Assembly (NCBI GenBank): GCA_965216325.1
Contig: OZ244160.1
Coordinates: forward strand, 1,664,001-1,728,000
Length of the DNA stretch: 64,000 nt
Direction of reading: 5' to 3'
DNA from: Coraliomargarita sp.
GTDB lineage: Bacteria > Verrucomicrobiota > Verrucomicrobiia > Opitutales > Coraliomargaritaceae
Positions 61,194 to 64,000 of the stretch are shown here, piece after piece. The translations under genes were made by a program, and so were the position numbers. The notes below the pieces were generated by a model. That model made no database searches. It was not told the DNA's origin and saw only the letters and a program-made list of their open reading frames with translations. Within the stretch, counting starts at the first letter, position 1. Every line of letters begins with the position of its first letter.

Positions 61194-62600
61194 ATGGAAT
61201 CATTGGCGCAACAACTCTTCGGCAATTACTCAGAACCTGCCTTTGAACGGCGCGGGCTGATGCTCGACATTAGTCGCAACCGAGTGCCGACCATGGCGTG
61301 GCTGAAGTATCTAGTCGATGCCCTGCAAGCCCTGCGCTATAATGAGCTACAGCTCTATACGGAGCACACCTTTGCCTACGCGGCTCACTCCAAAGTCTGG
61401 GAGGGCGCCTCGCCCATGAGCGCCGAGGAGATCCGTGAATTGGACGCCTATTGCGCCGAGCGTGGTATTGAGTTGGTACCCAATCAAAACTCCTTTGGAC
61501 ACATGGAGCGCTGGCTGCGCCACGACGGCTACAAGCATCTGGCCGAATCACCCAATGGCTTCGAACACCCGATTGCCGGATGGCGCGACTTCGGTAGCAC
61601 CCTCTACCCCTGCCCGGAGAGCTTGGCATTCATGGATTCTCTGTATGCCGAGCTACTGCCAAATTTCAGCTCGGCCCAGCTCAATATCGGCTGCGATGAA
61701 CCCTGGGAACTCGGCCAAGGCCTCAGCCGCGAGCGCATTGCCAAGGAGGGCAAGCATTCGGTCTATCTGGCATTTCTGAGCCAACTCCTCGCATTGGCGA
61801 AGCAGCATCACAAACGCCCACAGTTCTGGGCAGACATCGTGCTCGAGCGCCCAGAGCTCGTCTCGAACTTGCCAGAAGGTGTCACCCCTGTGATCTGGGG
61901 CTATGAAGCCGATTCGCCATTTGACGAACAATGCAAAGTCGTCTCAGACGCAGGCTTTGCTAACAGCTTCTACGTCGCCCCCGGAGCAGGCACTTGGAAC
62001 TCTTTTGGCGGTCGACTCGATGTGGCACGCGCGAACATCCAAAACGCAGCCACGGCCGGACGCCTCAATCAGGCCCAAGGCCTACTGCTCACCGCTTGGG
62101 GAGATAACGGTCACCACCAACCCAACCCAACCATATTTCCAGCCCTGATTCTTGCAGCTCAAGCGGCATGGGGCCATGAGCTAGCCGACGATGCGCTGCT
62201 CGCGGATGCCACCGACGCCCTGTTCTATCCGGACGGACCATCGGGCAACGGGCAAGCACTCTGCGCACTCGGATACATCGACGGAATGCTACCTCAGCCA
62301 GCACCGCCAAGCAGCTTCCTACATCGTGCTTTTTTCTGCCAAGAGGATGCGCTAAGCGACCTTCTGAATCTAAGCAGCACCAAACAGCTGCAAGCAACAC
62401 TGGACGCCCTCGAGCAAATCCCGAGCACGCAGATCGATCCAGAAATCCAGATGGGCATCGACTTCGACCGCCATGCCCTAGAGCGCTGCCTAGGCCTCGA
62501 GCCTTCAGATACACGCGAATCACTGGCAAAACGCTTCCAAGAGCGTTGGCTAGAGCGTAGCCGCCCCGGCGGACTCGAGGAAAGCCTAAGCTACTTCTAG
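61194..62600 (+). CDS. Glycoside hydrolase family 20 (beta-N-acetylhexosaminidase-like)
   Basis: RRGLMLDISRNRVP, QLYTEHTF, NQNSFGH, catalytic NIGCDE, IWGYE, WGDNGH. Confidence 0.85.
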   Translation: MESLAQQLFGNYSEPAFERRGLMLDISRNRVPTMAWLKYLVDALQALRYNELQLYTEHTFAYAAHSKVWEGASPMSAEEIRELDAYCAERGIELVPNQNSFGHMERWLRHDGYKHLAESPNGFEHPIAGWRDFGSTLYPCPESLAFMDSLYAELLPNFSSAQLNIGCDEPWELGQGLSRERIAKEGKHSVYLAFLSQLLALAKQHHKRPQFWADIVLERPELVSNLPEGVTPVIWGYEADSPFDEQCKVVSDAGFANSFYVAPGAGTWNSFGGRLDVARANIQNAATAGRLNQAQGLLLTAWGDNGHHQPNPTIFPALILAAQAAWGHELADDALLADATDALFYPDGPSGNGQALCALGYIDGMLPQPAPPSSFLHRAFFCQEDALSDLLNLSSTKQLQATLDALEQIPSTQIDPEIQMGIDFDRHALERCLGLEPSDTRESLAKRFQERWLERSRPGGLEESLSYF

Positions 62601-62604
62601 CAGC

Positions 62605-63759
62605 CTAAAAATAAACAATCAACGCGTTCAACCAGCGCGTATCATCACGCGTATTGCCCGCTCCAGTGTCATTGTCGAAATCCTGATTATAGGAAAACTC
62701 AAAGCCCAACAAATCAGTCATCCGATACCGGATTGCGGCCTTCAACACGTAGTTATATTGTTCTGAGTCTTCAGGGTTTTGAAAGTAGTTAAAACTGTGA
62801 ACGAGAGACGTCTTCTTATCCTTAAAGGGCCTCCATGCGACCTCCTCAAATACGCTCACGACACCATTCACACCGCTGCGCGTGTCATCGAAATCGGTCT
62901 GATAATCTTCAATACCACCCGTCGCACCGACATTCAACTCCATTGCTTGCAGCGGCTTAAAGGTATAACCAAAACCAACCAGATTGCTCACCTCACGATC
63001 GATCCCCTTCTTCTGGTCAGCTCGGTAGGCGAGTGTGTTTTGGACAAACCAATTGTTGTTATCAAAAGAGCGGCGATATAGAGCAGCCGCATCATATTTG
63101 TCCTGCGACTTATACTTATCGCCTTTCTTATTCTCCGTCTCACGGTAGGTGTAGGAGCCAGTCAGGCGGTAGAGGCTCGGACCGTCGTTTGGACGAATAT
63201 CGAGTTTGCCGCGGGCATAGGTCTCGGTCCAACGAGAATCGCCACGGCTTAGGTTCATGCCCATGCGCAGATTACCATTCCACGATTCAGGAGTTTGTAG
63301 TCCCCACAATTTCTTGAACAAACTCGACTCAAGTGGTTCGTCCATCTCAGCAAAGCTAGCACTCGCAGCCTCTCCGGGCTCGATCGGCGCAACCGGCTTG
63401 GGTGAAGTCACCTTCTCCTCACTGGCTGGCTTCGCCGCCGGCGCTGGCGTTGCCTTTGCAACCTCAGCGATGGGCTTCTGTTCAGGCTTGGCGTCAGGCG
63501 TCGCACTAGCGAGCGCAGCTGGCTCCATTTTAATCACAGAGGATCGAGGAATCTGCACTTCGCCCAATAAGGCGGACTTCACGTATAGAGTTTGCTCATT
63601 CGACTTGGGCAGGACTTCGCCGACCAAGCGTTCACCGCTGGAGAGCAACAGTAATTCAGGTTCTGCCTGCGCCACCGCAGTCAATCCAAGCAAGGCCAAG
63701 CCCACACCACGCAGGAGTCTGCGCAGTCCGGCAGGCCCTGCATTGAATGTGAACGTCAT
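62605..63759 (-). CDS. DUF481-like outer-membrane beta-barrel protein
   Basis: Signal peptide, small N-terminal domain, Pro/Ala linker, amphipathic beta strands, C-terminal aromatic (IVYF). Confidence 0.7.
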   Translation of the reverse strand: MTFTFNAGPAGLRRLLRGVGLALLGLTAVAQAEPELLLLSSGERLVGEVLPKSNEQTLYVKSALLGEVQIPRSSVIKMEPAALASATPDAKPEQKPIAEVAKATPAPAAKPASEEKVTSPKPVAPIEPGEAASASFAEMDEPLESSLFKKLWGLQTPESWNGNLRMGMNLSRGDSRWTETYARGKLDIRPNDGPSLYRLTGSYTYRETENKKGDKYKSQDKYDAAALYRRSFDNNNWFVQNTLAYRADQKKGIDREVSNLVGFGYTFKPLQAMELNVGATGGIEDYQTDFDDTRSGVNGVVSVFEEVAWRPFKDKKTSLVHSFNYFQNPEDSEQYNYVLKAAIRYRMTDLLGFEFSYNQDFDNDTGAGNTRDDTRWLNALIVYF

Positions 63760-63864
63760 ATTAACAGCTCTAGCGATACTGACATCTAAGTAAATGAATT
63801 TTCCACAAATCTGCTTTGTGGCTTTTCAAAGCCCCAAATCACAGCAACCTCAGACACAGCTGAC

Positions 63865-64000
63865 ATGACTTTGTTGCGCGAATTTCTCATCCTCTCATTA
63901 CTCACGCTACTTGGCGCGAGTTACTCACTGGTAAGCGGACTCGCACCAGCGCCGTGGGCGGCTCCTGAACTCGCACCAGGCGAAATACGCTTAGACGACG
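63865..64000 (+). CDS. Partial CDS with N-terminal membrane anchor (possibly rhodanese-like), runs off the window
   Basis: MTLLREFLILSLLTLLGASYSLVSGLAPAPWAAPELAPGEIRLD is open to the end of the window. Confidence 0.4.
   Translation, partial: MTLLREFLILSLLTLLGASYSLVSGLAPAPWAAPELAPGEIRLDD

Overview
64 kb of GC-rich bacterial chromosome. Gene content and repeat style suggest Verrucomicrobiota, probably Opitutia/Coraliomargarita-like; this is an inference, as no rRNA marker is present. Most of the window is housekeeping: mutS, holA, cinA, uvrC, recJ, secDF-yajC, menA, pcm, nth, panC-nadB-panE, dapL, a DEAD-box helicase, gluQ, mscS and tRNA-Pro(GGG). The best candidate for an undescribed system is a four-gene operon at 38976-43386. 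It encodes a soluble FtsK-type translocase with no transmembrane domain, a HEAT/LRV-like helical-repeat protein with an amphipathic C-terminal tail, and two small paralogous coiled-coil proteins that share an LLxERE motif with the FtsK N-terminus. Directly downstream is a ~4.3 kb AT-richer island bounded by a 43-bp imperfect duplication of the last gene's 3' end. Other notable items are: a RAYT transposase with several dispersed REP/REPIN families; a tandem array of ~161-bp tRNA-Pro-linked repeats carrying both direct and antisense pieces of the tRNA; heptamer tandem arrays in two divergent promoters; a perfect 23-bp palindrome after mutS; an sbtA-sbtB-carbonic anhydrase cluster; and an exosortase K-like gene with a variant sorting signal on its target. 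All calls come from reading motifs by eye; no database searches were run.
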